This document shows positions 49,336-64,000 of a DNA stretch of 64,000 nucleotides, piece by piece. Source of the stretch: Entomortierella parvispora E1425 (lineage: Eukaryota; Fungi; Mortierellomycota); the NCBI GenBank assembly GCA_020891255.1, contig BQFW01000015.1:2480001-2544000 (forward strand). The letters run 5' to 3'. The notes beneath the pieces were generated by a model. That model made no database searches, had not been told where the DNA came from, and was given only the letters and a program-made list of their open reading frames with translations. Numbering within the stretch: the stretch's first letter is position 1; each line of letters begins with the position of its first letter. Both the position numbers and the translations under genes were made by a program.

Positions 49336-52173
49336 ATGGCTGACCACAACCACCATCATAACAACAACAGCAACAGCAACAACAACAACTACTACAACGA
49401 CCAAGAGGTCGATCTCGAGAACCAGGGCTTCAGTCGCTCCACCACGGCCACAGACCTTTCCACCTCGTCTTCTACTCTACCTCACACCAGCAATGCTCTC
49501 TCCACTCCAGACTCACATCCATCCAACCTCCCCGCCATCTCCCTCTCCTCTTCACAAGGCAACGGTGCTTCTTCTGGCTTTTCTCTCCCTGCCAGCAACC
49601 CTTTCACAGATCTGCCGGATCAACAAAACCCCTTTTCACCGGCGGCCACGCCTCTGGCTACCCCTCTTGGATCACCCACAACCGAACTTCGCAAGCTGAC
49701 CCTAGGTGTCGAACGATATGCTCGAGCCATCGAGGACCCTGGTCCTATGGGAAGCTTCTCGGGTGTGGTTCCTTTGCCTTCTCTGTCCCAGTCAACACCT
49801 CTGACCACCCGTCGCCGTCCTTCCAAGATTCTGCTGGATGCTCTCCAATCCGCAGCAGGAAGCCAGGACCACCATGGATTGAGTTCATCACCCACGCCAG
49901 AAGAGCCAACGGAGCCTTCAGGTAAAAGCTCGGGCATGTCGCTAAACTCAATCAAGAGGGCCATCTCTGGCAAATACCGCCATACGCAGGATGTCACGAT
50001 GATCGATATGGAACCTAGCCGCAAGGGTGCTGAGAGCAACAACGTTAACAATATCGACGATCTCGGCAATCCATTTGCCAGCCCAACCTTGTCCGCTGGA
50101 TCAGGCGATGCCCAGATTGGTTTACTAGAGAGTCTTTCGTACTCACCTCAACCGCTCCTATTGCCTACTATGGCCACCACGCCACAACAGCTGGCCGTGA
50201 ACGAGAGTCGTCCTGGCGCCGAGAATGATGCTGTCCGCCACCGACTGGAGCAAAGCAACAAAATGGCTGGAGAACCGATCGCGATGGTGGAGGTGGAACC
50301 GGATGCGGTTCCGGCAGGCATGCGTCGTCGGAAGCCCAAAGGCGGTATTCTGAGTCATTTGTTAAAGCTTCAAAGGAACGAGGCCGCGGCCGCTGCCTCT
50401 GCTACAGGATCAAATGCTGGACGTGCCAAACCTCAACATGCAGCTGTCAAGAAGACAAAGAAGGGCTTTTATTACCGATCGTCGTCTAAGAATAACTCAC
50501 TTGTGGATCTGAACTCGCCCTCGGTCTCCACCACCCCTCGAGTCTCGCCCAGAAACTCTAGAGTCTTTGACTTGGAGCCCAGCAACAACGTCTCGACCCG
50601 ATTGCCGACTCAGCCCTCGACCTCGATCAACTTTACAAAGCCAGATCATCACCAGCACCCGCTTAATGAAAACATTGAGGAGATGGAGGCCGTCAGTGCT
50701 GCAGCTTCTGCTGCAACGTTGACCGCCAATTTGGGCATTCACAGAGATATTGCCGAGATTTTGACCCGGCAATCGTTCTTGATCATGGTGGCAAAGGCCT
50801 TGATTCTCTATGGTGCTCCATCCCACAGGATCGAGGAAACCTGCGCTCTGTTGGCAAGAAAGATGGACGTAGATGCTTCGTTTGCGCTGCTGCCAGGACT
50901 CATGACGATCTCATTCAGCGATCCCGAAACCCATACCAGTGACACGCGCCATCTTCGATGCACCCAGGGAATGGACATGTACAAACTCTCAAAGGTCTAT
51001 ACCATCGCCATGAGTGTCCTTCATGGTGGATCAATTGAAGCTGCCAACAAAGATTTGGATGTAGTTACCTTGGAGCCTGGTTATTATCCAGTTTGGGTCA
51101 CTGTCGCGTCATGGATGGGCGCTGCAGCATTTGTTGCACCCTTGGCATTTAACGGTAGTTGGCTCGATACTGCGCTTGCAGGATTGTGTGGATTGATCGT
51201 TGGTCTTTTGGGTGTAGTGGCTGCCAAGTTCCCAGTCTACGGAAATGTGTTTGAAATGACTTCGAGTATCTTGGTCGGATTCATTGCAAAGTCGTTTGGC
51301 GACAGGGTCTGCTTCTCGGCCGTGGCCTTGGCAGGTGTGGTGGTCCTGTTGCCAGGATTGTTACTGACAGCGTCGATCATGGAGCTGGCGTCGAGGAATA
51401 TTGTCTCGGGTGCCGTTCGTATGTTCTATGCGTTGATGTATGCCTTCTTCCTGGGATTCGGTCTGTCGCTTGGAGGCGAGATCTGGGACTCTGTAAGTAC
51501 CGCGCGGCGATCAAAGGAAACACCCAGCGAGCGGAGAAACTTTTGAAGAAAACTGACTCGTTCAGCTTTTTATTATTTATTGGATTAGATTACAGGCGCA
51601 TCGTCGACTCCGTCAGCCGCTTCTTGTGAAAATGGTGTCGATCGCTGGTGGTTTTTCCTTATTTTCCCAGCGGTCTCGACTTCGATCAACATTGTCTTTA
51701 ACGCCCATCCTTCCCAGTGGATTGGAATGACCTTGGTCACGGCTGTTGGCTTCACCGTGTCGTATTTTATGACAGCCGGTCCTCAAGTGACGCCTGCTGT
51801 CGCTGCTTTTGCAGTCGGCTTGGCTGGCCAGGCTTATGGCAGAATTACTGGCAAACTCAGCTATGTTCCTTTGTTGAGTGGAGTTCTCCTGCTAGTCCCA
51901 GGAAGTGTTGGTGTCCGCAGTGTCCTTTCCATGATCGGCAGTGATCCCAGTCAAGGATTCTCGTTTGCTTTAGAGATGGTTAATATCTCGGTCAGCATCA
52001 CGGTAAGCCCTTGTTCCCTGTTGTGTTGTGATCTGTCTGCTATGATAATGAGGTCGACATCCATGAATTCTCATCCTGTATCCCCTTTGCCTTTGTTCCT
52101 TTAGCTCGGCGTGTTCTGCTCTGTGCTGGTCTGGTACCCATTCTGGCGAAAGAGCACATTCATGAACTTTTAA
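49336..52173 (+). CDS. PRM10: ThrE/DUF1212 family threonine/serine exporter (Prm10-like)
   Basis: KALILYGAPSHRIEE, SFSDPET.TSDT, VVVLLPGLL...ELASRNIVSGAVR, LLVPG; long disordered N-terminus. Confidence 0.88.
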
Positions 52174-52432
52174 AAAGTCCCTCTTTCCCCTCTACTCTTT
52201 TTTTTTGCCTGTTACAAATATACCCTGCATGCTCTACATAGATCATTAAAAGTTACTTCATTCCTGTACTTCTCCCTTTGTTCCAGGTGTATGCCTTGTA
52301 AGGTTGAGTTGATCTCAGTCCGTGGCAACTTTTTGTTTTCAAATATATTCCTGTTTATTAAGATGCTTCCTGGTTTTTTTTTTGGGGGGGGGGGGCTCCT
52401 TCAATGCAATATTCCCATGCGGATTTGTTTGT

Positions 52433-53293
52433 TTACTTGCGCATCAAGAGGTACAAGTTCTCGCCCAAGCTGATGTTCTGCAAATGTCTGTAATCTCCTT
52501 CCAAGCACATCAAAAGTCCTCCGTATGAAATGTAGACAGAGCTAAACAGCGAGAGAAAAAAGCAAAATTAAGACAGGAAAGTCATGAGTGTCTGCAGAGC
52601 TTTAGATCTAACAAAGAATGACAAACTTGGATCCTCGACAAATACTTACACTTTGCTTCCCTGACCCTCATCGTACTTGTAGACCTTGCCGTACATGACA
52701 TACTCGTAGTCATCGGCCAATGTCCTCTCTCCTCCAACCTTCTCACGCCAGCTCTCCTGTGTGCCCGAGGTATCATTTCCGACGGCGGTGGTCAAAGAGA
52801 GGGAGGTTGCAAGGACCAAGGAGAACTTCTCGCCAATGTCCAAGGGGTAGAGCTCATTGTTGAGATCCAGTGTCAACTCCATCTCGTAGTTTTCACTGCG
52901 GGCATTAATGCGCGAAACTACAGTCCCAGGAAGAGAAAATGGTCGATTAGATGAGCTGAAACGTGAGGCTAAACGCTCCATGGTCTTGACGCCTATTGTC
53001 CAGAATGGGCGCGTCCATGTAGGAGAATCGATCCCAGCGGCGTATTGTCTTTTTCAGGTCTTTGTCATTTTCCCAATCGCTTCCACATGTTTCCCAGCGT
53101 TTTGCAACATGTCTCTTTGTCAAAGCTCCTTGCAGAGCTTCTCACCCAGAGGGAGGGTGATCAGCTGCGGTGTCCGAGAAAAAGGGTACTGTATGTGACA
53201 TGGCTCATTACCCTTATCAAACTTCTTGCCAGCACCGTCGACATCCTTGATGTCGAACATGTCTGAGAAGAGAATGTTGTCCTTGCTGGTCAT
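52433..53293 (-). CDS. RPB8: RNA polymerase I/II/III common subunit RPABC3
   Basis: ILFSDMFDIKDVD..GKKFDK|VSRINA...LTLDLNNELYPL...LADDYEYVMYGKVYK|...SYGGLLMCLEGDYRHLQ...LYLLMRK*. Confidence 0.96.
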
Positions 53294-53494
53294 ATTGATG
53301 TGATGATGTGTGTGGTATGGGGATGGTGCAAAGAGAGCGAAGAGTTCAATGCTTTTGTGCAAAAGCACTTCGCTATGAATCAAAATACAAAACCACGTGA
53401 CTGTGACTGCAAATCATTTGGCGCGATCGTGCGGAGCAGCTTTCCCTTTGTAACCCCTTACCTCACCTACTCCACCACTTCTTTTCTGAAGTTC

Positions 53495-53790
53495 ACAGCT
53501 GCAACTTGGAAGAAGAGCTTTCAGAAGTACAGAAAAGATGTGTTCGGAGGTGAGATTGCTCCATGGGGGGATCAAATGGACGGCCAGAGCCTGGATCCTT
53601 AACTCTAGCCCCGCGTCGCAGCCGCAGCCGAGGTCCTCCGTCGGGCTCCAAGGACGACAGTGGAGAGGTTCGTCCCTTGATGACAGCTTTCAAATGTACT
53701 GCGCAGGTTTGAGGCCGTCTAGTTGAGATGGGCGTCCGATCCTCACCAATTGCACCCAATTGGTGTATTAAACATCCAAAAAGATGCCTC
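53495..53790 (+). pseudogene. Relic of the terminal exon of a GH20 hexosaminidase paralog
   Basis: Aligns by eye to 57320-57620: GGEIAPWGDQMDGQSLDP*L*PRVAAAAEVL / SGSKDDSGEVRPL...RLVEMGV..PIAPNWC.KHP, with stops and frameshifts. Confidence 0.85.
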
Positions 53791-54667
53791 AAGAGAGATT
53801 AAAAATGTCTGCCTTCCTCACACTTTCAGCTCTGTCAGCTATACTCCATCATGAGGAAGTTCTAATGTTTATTCTGACGACGCTTGCTTGCGGACAAATC
53901 TTCGCGATTCTTGGGTAAGCTACCCAGACTCAGAGGTGGCTCCAACCACGACGCGGCCTCTCTCTCTCTCCAGGATGCAGCATCTAATTTTGACCAACCG
54001 TCCGAGACAGCTTTCCAGCTCATTTCTCATAAAATGACAATACGCGCTGTTTCAAGGGCAGTCGGTGCTGTCTTTTCAGGGCAGCTTTCAACAATAAAAA
54101 AGATATAAAAAAAAAGTCATATTATAATTATTCAAGATAAATATCTCGAATATCAATTAGTCAGGATACACCGTCCGCGCGCGTGGCCCCTGTGCCACCT
54201 CTCCTTTCCACGCCCTCGCCCACACCGTTGCATCCCCACGCTCCCCCGTCCGTTGCTGCACCTCTTTTCGTGGATGCATGTCTTCCTTCTCACTCTTTTC
54301 TTCATCTTCATTCCCTCATTTCTCTCTCTTGTTCTTCGCAATACCCTTTCGGGTCTCCTTTCTTCCTTTCTTCCTTTCTTCACGCTCTGCCCTCCTTGCT
54401 CACCGAGCTCATTACTGAACTTCCCTGACGTGGTCCCTGCGCCCCGCCCCGCCCCGCCCTGTCTCCTTGACCTTTTCTTATACTTTCCTTTCCTTCATTT
54501 TCTTGCTGTTACGTTAGCCCCAGGTCGGAACATACAAAGAGGTTTATCCTGCCACTGCGACCCATATTATCTAACAAACACGCGCCTGGCGCTGGAGCTC
54601 GACCTCCTGGAATTCAAGCACAGATTGGCATTCACAAAAAGGACGAAAAGAGAACCATCGCATTGCC

Positions 54668-57620
54668 ATGCCGACCAGAAAACCTATTCGCTCCTCTCTC
54701 CTCCCCTCTCCTTTGTCCTCTTCTATCCAGTACTCTGCCCTGAGTGCCCACGACGACAACGACGACAACTGGGACCACACCGACCACTACGCCTTTGACA
54801 GCATGTCCTCCACGCCTGATCACTCCACGCCTTCAAGGCGGGACTCGCTTGAAATCGAGGTGAGTTACTTCTTCAAAGTCATTGTTTGGTCGTGTCATAT
54901 AACGGCCCTGTATTTTTTTTTCTGCTGCTGCACGAACCAACTGACTGAAAATAAAAAAAAAAAAAAAAAAAAATCAAACTAGACCCATTCTCAGACACAA
55001 GGACCCGCGGGCGGTGGTGGATACAATGGAATCGCAGGTGTGGGTGCCTCTGAATTCGACGCGTCCACGTCGACGTCGGCCTCCAACATCTCGCGTAGCA
55101 GTTCTATCGCCCACAGACACATACCTTCTCACAACAATAGCACCAGGGGACAGAGCTCAGAGGGGCAGGTCGAAAGACAAGGGCAGGATGAATATGAAGG
55201 CGACAAACGGGATCATCACAACGGACCGTTTGTGAAGAATACACACTGGAATCGCTGTTGGATCCGTTATATTGCGGTATCTAGCATTCTGGTAGCGGTT
55301 GCTCTTCTGGTGACGCTGCTTGTTCTCAAGCCTTGGCAACACCGATACCGTAAGTGCGGGTTAGGGCGCACGCGTAGGCTTCAGTGTGTCTATCCAAAAG
55401 ATGGCACGGGTTGTCCAAAGCTAACCGGTTTTGACGTTTTGTTTACCTGCCACTAGAATTGGCGCCAGTCAACAATGGAGCGGTCAAGGCCCTCCCAGCT
55501 GAACAACCCATTTGGCCCATTCCCAGAGAGTTTGCAACAGGCACAGAAAAGATTTCACTTAGTCCAAACTTTCAGATCACGGTCAAGGCCTCCTCACCAG
55601 TGAACGGAGTATCCAGCCCCCTGATCGAGAAGGCGATTGCTCGATGCATGGATCGGATAAAAATCAAACTCAACACCACAATATACGACACACCATCGTT
55701 GGACACACCCGTCAGTACACCAGCAACTGGACTTCTTTCGCAACTGGTGATTATCGTGGACAACAGTGCAGCAGACTTGGATTATGGGGTGGATGAATCG
55801 TACACGCTCAACATCTCTTCTTCTGCCAATACCCCATCTTCAAAATCAACAAATCAGCAGGATGATGATTCGGATATGGTCAAGCCATCCCAAAGGAAGC
55901 GAGCCGTACCCGTAAACAATCTCCAGGAAAGCTCGGCGACGATCAGGGCGAGCACTCAGTGGGGGGTCTTGCATGCATTGGAAACGTTTAGTCAGTTGGT
56001 CGTGGCCACTGCAGCGGAGGCTCCCACAGAGCCTGTGAACAACACTCTTAATATCCCGAACGCGCCTTGGTCGATTTACGATGCCCCTCGGTATTCGCAC
56101 AGAGGACTGTTGTTGGACACGTCTCGTCATTTCGTAGCTGTGAAGGATATCATTCGGACCTTGGAGGCTATGACGGTCGTCAAACTCAATGTCTTCCATT
56201 GGCATGTGTTGGATCAACAATCGTACCCGCTCGTATCAAAGACGTTTCCTGAATTGACGGCCAAAGGCGCTGAGCGCGCAGACCGCGTTTACTCTTATGA
56301 CGACGTTGCATCCATCATTCAGTATGGACAAGAGGTTTGTAATTTATCTTGTTTTTAGAGATGAGGCTGTGGGAACTATGAGGTGGGAAGGAGTGCCTAA
56401 TACTTTTTTTTTTTTGTGGCTCATTGTTTCAATAGAGAGGAATCAGAGTCATTCCCGAATTTGATGCGCCTGGCCATGCTGCCAGTTGGGGGCGTGCCTT
56501 CCCCAACATCACAGTCTGCGTGGATGCGCAACCTCACCAAGCATACGGAGCGGAACCACCTGCGGGACAGCTGGATCCTTTGGAGCCTTTTACATACCAG
56601 GTCCTGAACGGACTGATCAAGGAATGGTCAGCTCAATTCCCGGATAAACAGGTTCATATCGGAGGCGATGAGATCAATTTCAACTGCTGGAAGACCTCCG
56701 AGCGCTTGAAAGACTACATCGACCATCCTTCAAGCCGCGAAGGGTATGAGAGCAAACTGCCGGCCACTATTGTGAACCAGGATCCGAGGAATCAGATGAA
56801 GCAGTTTGGAGGATCGGGATCGCAGTCGGGAGGAGACAAACTGCTGGATCTGTATCTGAGTAAAGCTCTGGGCATGTATCTCCAGCAGGGCAAGCGGCCT
56901 ATCGCATGGGAAGAGTTGGCCCTGGAGCATCAAGTCAATCTGCCCGAGTCGACGATTGTTCACGTTTGGAAGAATGCAAGAAATGCAAAGAAAAGTATGT
57001 CGATATTTGCCATCTACTTAACTTGCTCTATTGGAACAAATCTATGTACTCCTCTGACCTTTTCTTTTCCCACCCTTGTAGTTATTGACCAAGGGCTACC
57101 AGTTATCCTCTCGAGTGCAGAGTTTTGGTACCTTGATTGTGGTATGGGATCTTGGCTTATCGGATCCCTCGGCCAAAGTTGGTGCAAGTATGCTTCATGG
57201 CAACGAAGTAAGTCTATCCACCCGGCCCGTCCACTTTTTGACTCGTTTTTTATGTCTTCCTGTTCCAGAACTAACCCCTCCTCTCTCCTGGTGTTGCTAC
57301 CCGATTATACAGTTTATTCTTACAATTGGGAAGCCGAACTCTCGGAAGCACAGAAAAAAATGGTCCTCGGGGGTGAAATTGCTATGTGGGGGGAGCAAAC
57401 AGACGGCCACAACTTGGATTCCAACCTCTGGCCCCGTTCTGCTGCTGCGGCAGAAGTCCTCTGGTCGGGCTCCAAGGATGACAATGGCGAAATTCGCCCC
57501 TTGGTGCAGGCTTTCAAACGTCTTTCACAGGTTCGAGAACGTTTGGTCGAGATGGGTGTCCAAGCGGCGCCCATTGCTCCATCTTGGTGTGGCAAACATC
57601 CTGAAGGATGCCTTGCATGA
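54668..57620 (+). CDS. Beta-N-acetylhexosaminidase GH20, type II membrane-anchored
   Basis: TM YIAVSSILVAVALLVTLLVL; PIWPIP; DESYTL; LETFSQL; YSHRGLLLDTSRHF; KLNVFHWH; PEFDAPGH; catalytic HIGGDE; WYLDCG; GGEIAMWGEQ; WPRSAA. Confidence 0.93.
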
Positions 57621-57722
57621 ATATAAAAATATAAAATATAAAATAGATACCAAATAAAAAAAATGATCACCCATGAGATGTCCCTTCTTTTGTATGATGT
57701 CTACCATGAGATGCTTCTAATT

Positions 57723-59993
57723 TTATTGACGACGCTGGCGGACAAAACTTTGAAGCTCTCGAATAAACTTCTTTTCAAAGATGAACACAACCAGCATTGC
57801 GGCCGCAAACGTCGAGACGCCGATTCCAAGATGCAGCACTTTACTCGAGAAACCATCCGACATGCTAGCCCGCTCGTTGCTCACAGAGGTGATAACAAAC
57901 GCCACCCCAAAAGCTGCCAAGACTGCTGGACTAGGCGCAATTGTCTTCCAGGGCACTGCTTTGAAAGTTTTGATGAATCCGCCAAGTCCTGTAGTTGATC
58001 CTGTTGAAAGTGGGTCCGTTCCTGTTTGTGCCTGCACCCCAGTCGATCCGGAATGATGTCCACTTTCAGGAATGTATCGACCATAGTAGCCTGAGAGGAA
58101 CCAAGTACTCCACAATATACGCATCGACAGATTGACACAGTTGGCCAGTACGATTCCGCTCGCGCCCATGTCCAAGGTCCCCATCAGGAACGCACCAGTA
58201 GCGCAAAATACGGCCGAAAAGCCCACCATCCAAAACGACAACGTTTTCAGCTCACGCTCGGATGCCACCGCCTGGACCACGGCTTCTGTAATGCCGTTCA
58301 GACCCATGATCGGTACGTAGTAGCAGTACAGACTCAGGACTGCGGGCACTGTCGTCTCTCTTGACCAGTACCGCCCTACAACCATTTCGATCAAGGTCGT
58401 AGTGTAGTGTGTTCCAAAAGCGATGAAGATCAGGCCCAAAAAGATGTGGAACTTCATAATCGTCAATAGGAGGTTGCGAGAGAGGACCAAGTTCCCGATC
58501 TGGGTCTCGGAAAGTCCTTTGTTGATGTCCTGGCCGGAAGAAGGTGAAGTCTTCTGTCCAACGTCACTCAATAGTCGACTGAAGAGGGTTCGGGCAATCT
58601 CCTCCATAGGTTGGAATAAAATCCTGGCAATCAAGGAACCTATATATCATGATGGGTATTAGAGTCAGGTGCCTACAAAACCAACCACTCAGTATGAACA
58701 GACATACGAACAGAGTCAACTTACCATAGTTGATAACAAAGGCGTATACTCCCAGCTCAGTATCCTGAGTGAATTTCGCCAACATCATCTTGTCCCCCTC
58801 TGTCAAGACATGCTTCAGAAGCGACTGGGCCGTCAAAGTCATAGACAACTTGGAGAGTGCAGTATCAAAATAAAATTCTTCCTGTCTAGTGCAGTTCGAA
58901 AAAGGGCAGCTCAGTTAATCCATGGATATCGATTGACAGTACAGACATGTACATCAGCTCTTTCTTACTGCCCGTCCTTGCCGGCCCGGACCAGCTTTCG
59001 TGGCAAGAGCGCTCTCAGCGAAATGACATCCTGGTTCGCGTTTGGTTGAAGAGTTGCATCGTCTGTCTTCTTGTGCAACGCTTTTGCCATTCGAATCTTC
59101 TCGTGCTCCTGCTTCTCCAAGCTCTTACTCCTGAAGGCCAACAAGAACCCTCCAAGAGTCAATAAAGCATACGCAAACTGGGCGATTGCAAATGCTAGGA
59201 CGCCCATGGTGTTGATCGACGATCCTGTTGTATCCTTCGTGACCGAGTGGGCTAGTGACGAGCGTGCTCCATAGATGGTGAGGGCACATGTGAGGATGCA
59301 GCGGACGATGACAGCCGTGCCTTCGACCGAGACACGGGTCTTGAACCAGAGCTTGTATTGAGCCACCATGAACATTGGTTCCGCCAACAACTCAATCAAG
59401 GCAGATAAGCCATAGAGATAGATCGAAAGCCTGTAACCGGGTGATTTGGCCTCGCTGAGGTCATCCACCTGCGAGAGATAATAACTGACGGCCGCACACG
59501 TCATAATGACGCCAACGGGAATGGGTGCATAGACCATGTTGACCAGCTTTTGTAGCCTGTATGCTTCAGTCCCTGGTCGAATGATGGCAGAATCCTTGCT
59601 CTCTTTGCGCTTGGAGTCCTTTGAATCTGTTGATCCACTGCTACCAGCGCCAGCGCCGGTGTTGTCTGCAGTATCTTTGGTGTCGTCACTGACGCGAATG
59701 GCGGCGCATCGGACACCCTCGCGTGATAGGAAGAGGATGGTATTGAGAAGCAACTCGAGCTTCACAGAGGCAATACCGAGGGTCTCTGCTGTGGTGAATC
59801 GAAGGAGGACCTGGTTCAGCGTAAAAGTCAGCATCCTGGAGACGAACTGGAGGAGCACCAGGTAGCTGGCTCCTTGTACAGAGGATGAGAGGATCGAGGA
59901 GGCTTCTGCAGACTCTACAGGAACGGTCGCGGTCTCTTTGTGTTGTCCTGGAGTGGACCGTTGGCGGAGCTTTGGCTCCGACAGAGAGTCCAT
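57723..59993 (-). CDS. RFT1: Man5GlcNAc2-PP-dolichol translocation protein
   Basis: GASYLVLLQFVSRMLTF.LNQ, LELLLNTILFLSRE..R, ELLAEP, LKHVLTEGDK, GVYAFVINY|GSLIARILFQPMEE, NGITEA. Confidence 0.95.
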
Positions 59994-60861
59994 GATGAGA
60001 AGAGTGCTGTGATGATGAGGGAGACCGAAGGAGGATGCGAGAGGATGTGAGAGTGGTGATGATGAAGAGGAAAGAGATCTTCCATGCAAAAATGAATGAA
60101 TGAAAGCAGCGCACGCGCCACGTGCCAGTGGCTGGTGCTGGTGCCACCAACTTTGTGGAAATGCTCCATGTGCAAATGTATGTATGCCTGCACCACACTT
60201 CTCTTCCTAGATAAATCACAGTGCCTGGCGACACCCTTCAGGCAATACTCGGCCGGTAGACTACTCGCTCGAAATCACTGACCAGCGTTTCATACCCTAT
60301 GTTTCCTTATGCCCTAGCTCTTTCCACCATCGTATCGACATACTAATTCCTTGGCCGATGAGTTCTTCTTAGGCTGCAGTGAGTCGAGCCCTTTCTTTCT
60401 TTTAATTCTGCTGCACAGAGAACACCTACTTTCCAAGCGAGAACCATTGTAAATGGTCGTAGCGGATTGTTGCCCAGTCCCTCAATCGGCTAGAAATCCT
60501 CTGCCAGAATTTGTCGCAAGAATAAAGGTATCCTTTTTTCGAATTTCAACAAAGCAACGATATTCTCATGGAGCTGCAAAGTATCGCGTGGTATCCGCCT
60601 AGAAAGAGATAGAGTCGGTGACTCCCAGAAGCGCAAGAGTGTCGCTGTTCATTAACAGCAGACTGTTGCATTCAGGCACTAAATTTGGTGGCGCACTATT
60701 TCCTCGCACAGTGACGTAGCCCCCCCCAAGCGCGCGTTATTTCCACGCACGACTGGCTTCCGGCCACCCTGCCCTGTCTTCTTTTCTCTCTGTGCTTCCA
60801 TTCCTTTCATCTCTTCACTCCCACCCTCCCCACTCTTTTTTCTTCGTCAGATCAATTCACA

Positions 60862-62422
<1,561 letters not shown>

Positions 62423-63558
62423 ATTCAAGAATTCAAGGATACCTTTGAAGTGATGACTGGTAGAGAGATATCGACGTGTGTTTATAGTTTCCCCCCAATG
62501 ATGAATGTGAAATGATCCAGCCTTGACGGTTGACGACATTCCTGTAGAAAAGTTTCTCGAAAACCCTCATGTTTTGTTCCAAATATTACGGGACTTTGCT
62601 CCCCATTAAATGACAAAAAAAACATATGACGATGGACAGGAGGTGATTTGTGATTAATTCAAAATCAGCAGGGCGGGTGTGTGCATGGGCTTGTTCTTGC
62701 ACGCCCGTGCTCCACCTGCGGTTTTACCTCGTGTGTAACCCACCTGTTTACGTCCAAGGGCGATCAGTGATCGAGAGGAGTTGAAGTCGATGTTTCCTTC
62801 TTTTTTTTTTAACGTCCTGTGGCCTCCTCATCCTCTTGTTCTTCTTACGGATCGCGGATGTTGTTTCAACGCAAAGAACAACGGACAAAGGACAAAGAGC
62901 TGATTACTGGTTCGCCGTAGAAAGACGTAACCTCAAAAACAGGGCTGAGAGGTGGCAACATGGGAATTAAGCATCCAGAGAAGGAAGAAAAGAAAAGTAG
63001 GAGGGATGTAAGCAGTAACACCGTTGGAATCCACCAGCAGTAAAAAAGGAAGGGAAGAAAAAAAGGGCGCACAAGCAGACCTGTTCTTCCTTCCTAACTT
63101 CTTCTCTACTTGAGCTTTTGTTCTGTTTGTTGACCATGGATCGACAAACTTCCGTGCGTCGGGAGCAGGACAAAGAAAATAAAGGAGAGAACGTGAATAA
63201 ATCCACCATAGGCCCAAGGGTGATGGACAGCTTTGTTGTTTTCGGGCCAAATCACCCCATCTCTTATCATTTTCCCTCCTTGCACATCTTTTTGGCTCTC
63301 TCTTTTGATGGTCGTTTACACCAATTCCCTTTCTTTCTCCACAACATACGGTCCTCCACCCATCTATCCCACTATCTCTCCTTCTCTCCTACTTCCGATC
63401 GTCCCACAGACTCCAGCTGCACCTTTTCTAAAACACTTTCTCATTCATCATTCAACGTGGACCTGAACAGAGCAATCGACTCGACTTTGAACTAGCCCAA
63501 TCTGTCGTCTTCTCATTCGCCACCTTCTGTTACTAGCCCTCACTTATCCAATTCGAGA

Positions 63559-64000
63559 ATGCAGGGTCGCGTCAAGATCGCTCCTCAGGAGTCGCAGCTC
63601 TCAGAGTTGGATCTTGCAAACTACGAGGAGAAGCAAGACTACCAACATACTATTGTTCCTCTCAAACGGACTGAGGTCTGGGCATGGGTAAGAAAAAAAA
63701 AAAAAGACCTGTAGGGTCTCTACAACTGCGATCGTTGCATCGCTGAGCTCTCAGCTCGACCAGCAAGACTTCCTTCTTCGTCTTCGAGAACTAAAATCTG
63801 GCTCTTCTATTCCTATTCTTCCCAACTCGTTGACCCCTCTTTAGTACATTCAAAACGCGACGTAAGTCCGAAGGGTTATACTTGAGCAGTTTTTTTTTTT
63901 TAGCCCCTGCACGTTCCTGATACCATTCTTTTTGTTTGGTACACAGCTACTGCGGCTATGGATGGCTCGCAGCACCCTTGATGGTTCCTCTATTGATTCA
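63559..64000 (+). CDS. 5' part of an ATG22/UMF1-like MFS transporter (partial)
   Basis: MQGRVK...EVWAW|YIQNAT|YCGYGWLAAPLMVPLLI with a 17-nt microexon; WxWY pattern resembles the start of ATG22-family TM1. Confidence 0.55.

Noticed and set aside
34258-59993. HUT1, GH20 and RFT1 as a glycosylation gene cluster
   Set aside because: Widely spaced, interleaved with unrelated genes; ordinary housekeeping neighbours.

Overview
Eukaryotic fungal genomic DNA: intron-rich genes with GT/GC-AG sites, poly-A/T tracts and microsatellites. Gene style and the WD40 relic suggest Mortierellaceae/Mucoromycota (inference). About 25 genes were modelled by hand. Conserved genes: C2H2 transcription factor (partial), mitochondrial-type ThrRS, PH-like protein, tropomyosin, mitochondrial carrier, MRI1, choline/ethanolamine kinase, NADAR/YbiA, HUT1, APT1-like thioesterase, ThrE/Prm10 transporter, RPB8, GH20 hexosaminidase, RFT1, ADK1 and an ATG22-like MFS (partial). 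Two accessory zones interrupt them. The first (~20.8-27.1 kb) holds a decayed WD40 gene and a tandem triplet of 2OG-Fe(II) dioxygenases whose middle copy is pseudogenised, head-to-head with MRI1. The second (~36-44.4 kb) holds the best find: three paralogous genes for ~94-aa secreted peptides with an invariant 10-cysteine scaffold. The ORF track misses them because of a 5-nt first exon and a GC-AG intron. One copy lacks that intron and carries a stop at Cys2. Coordinates and splice models are manual; no database searches were run.
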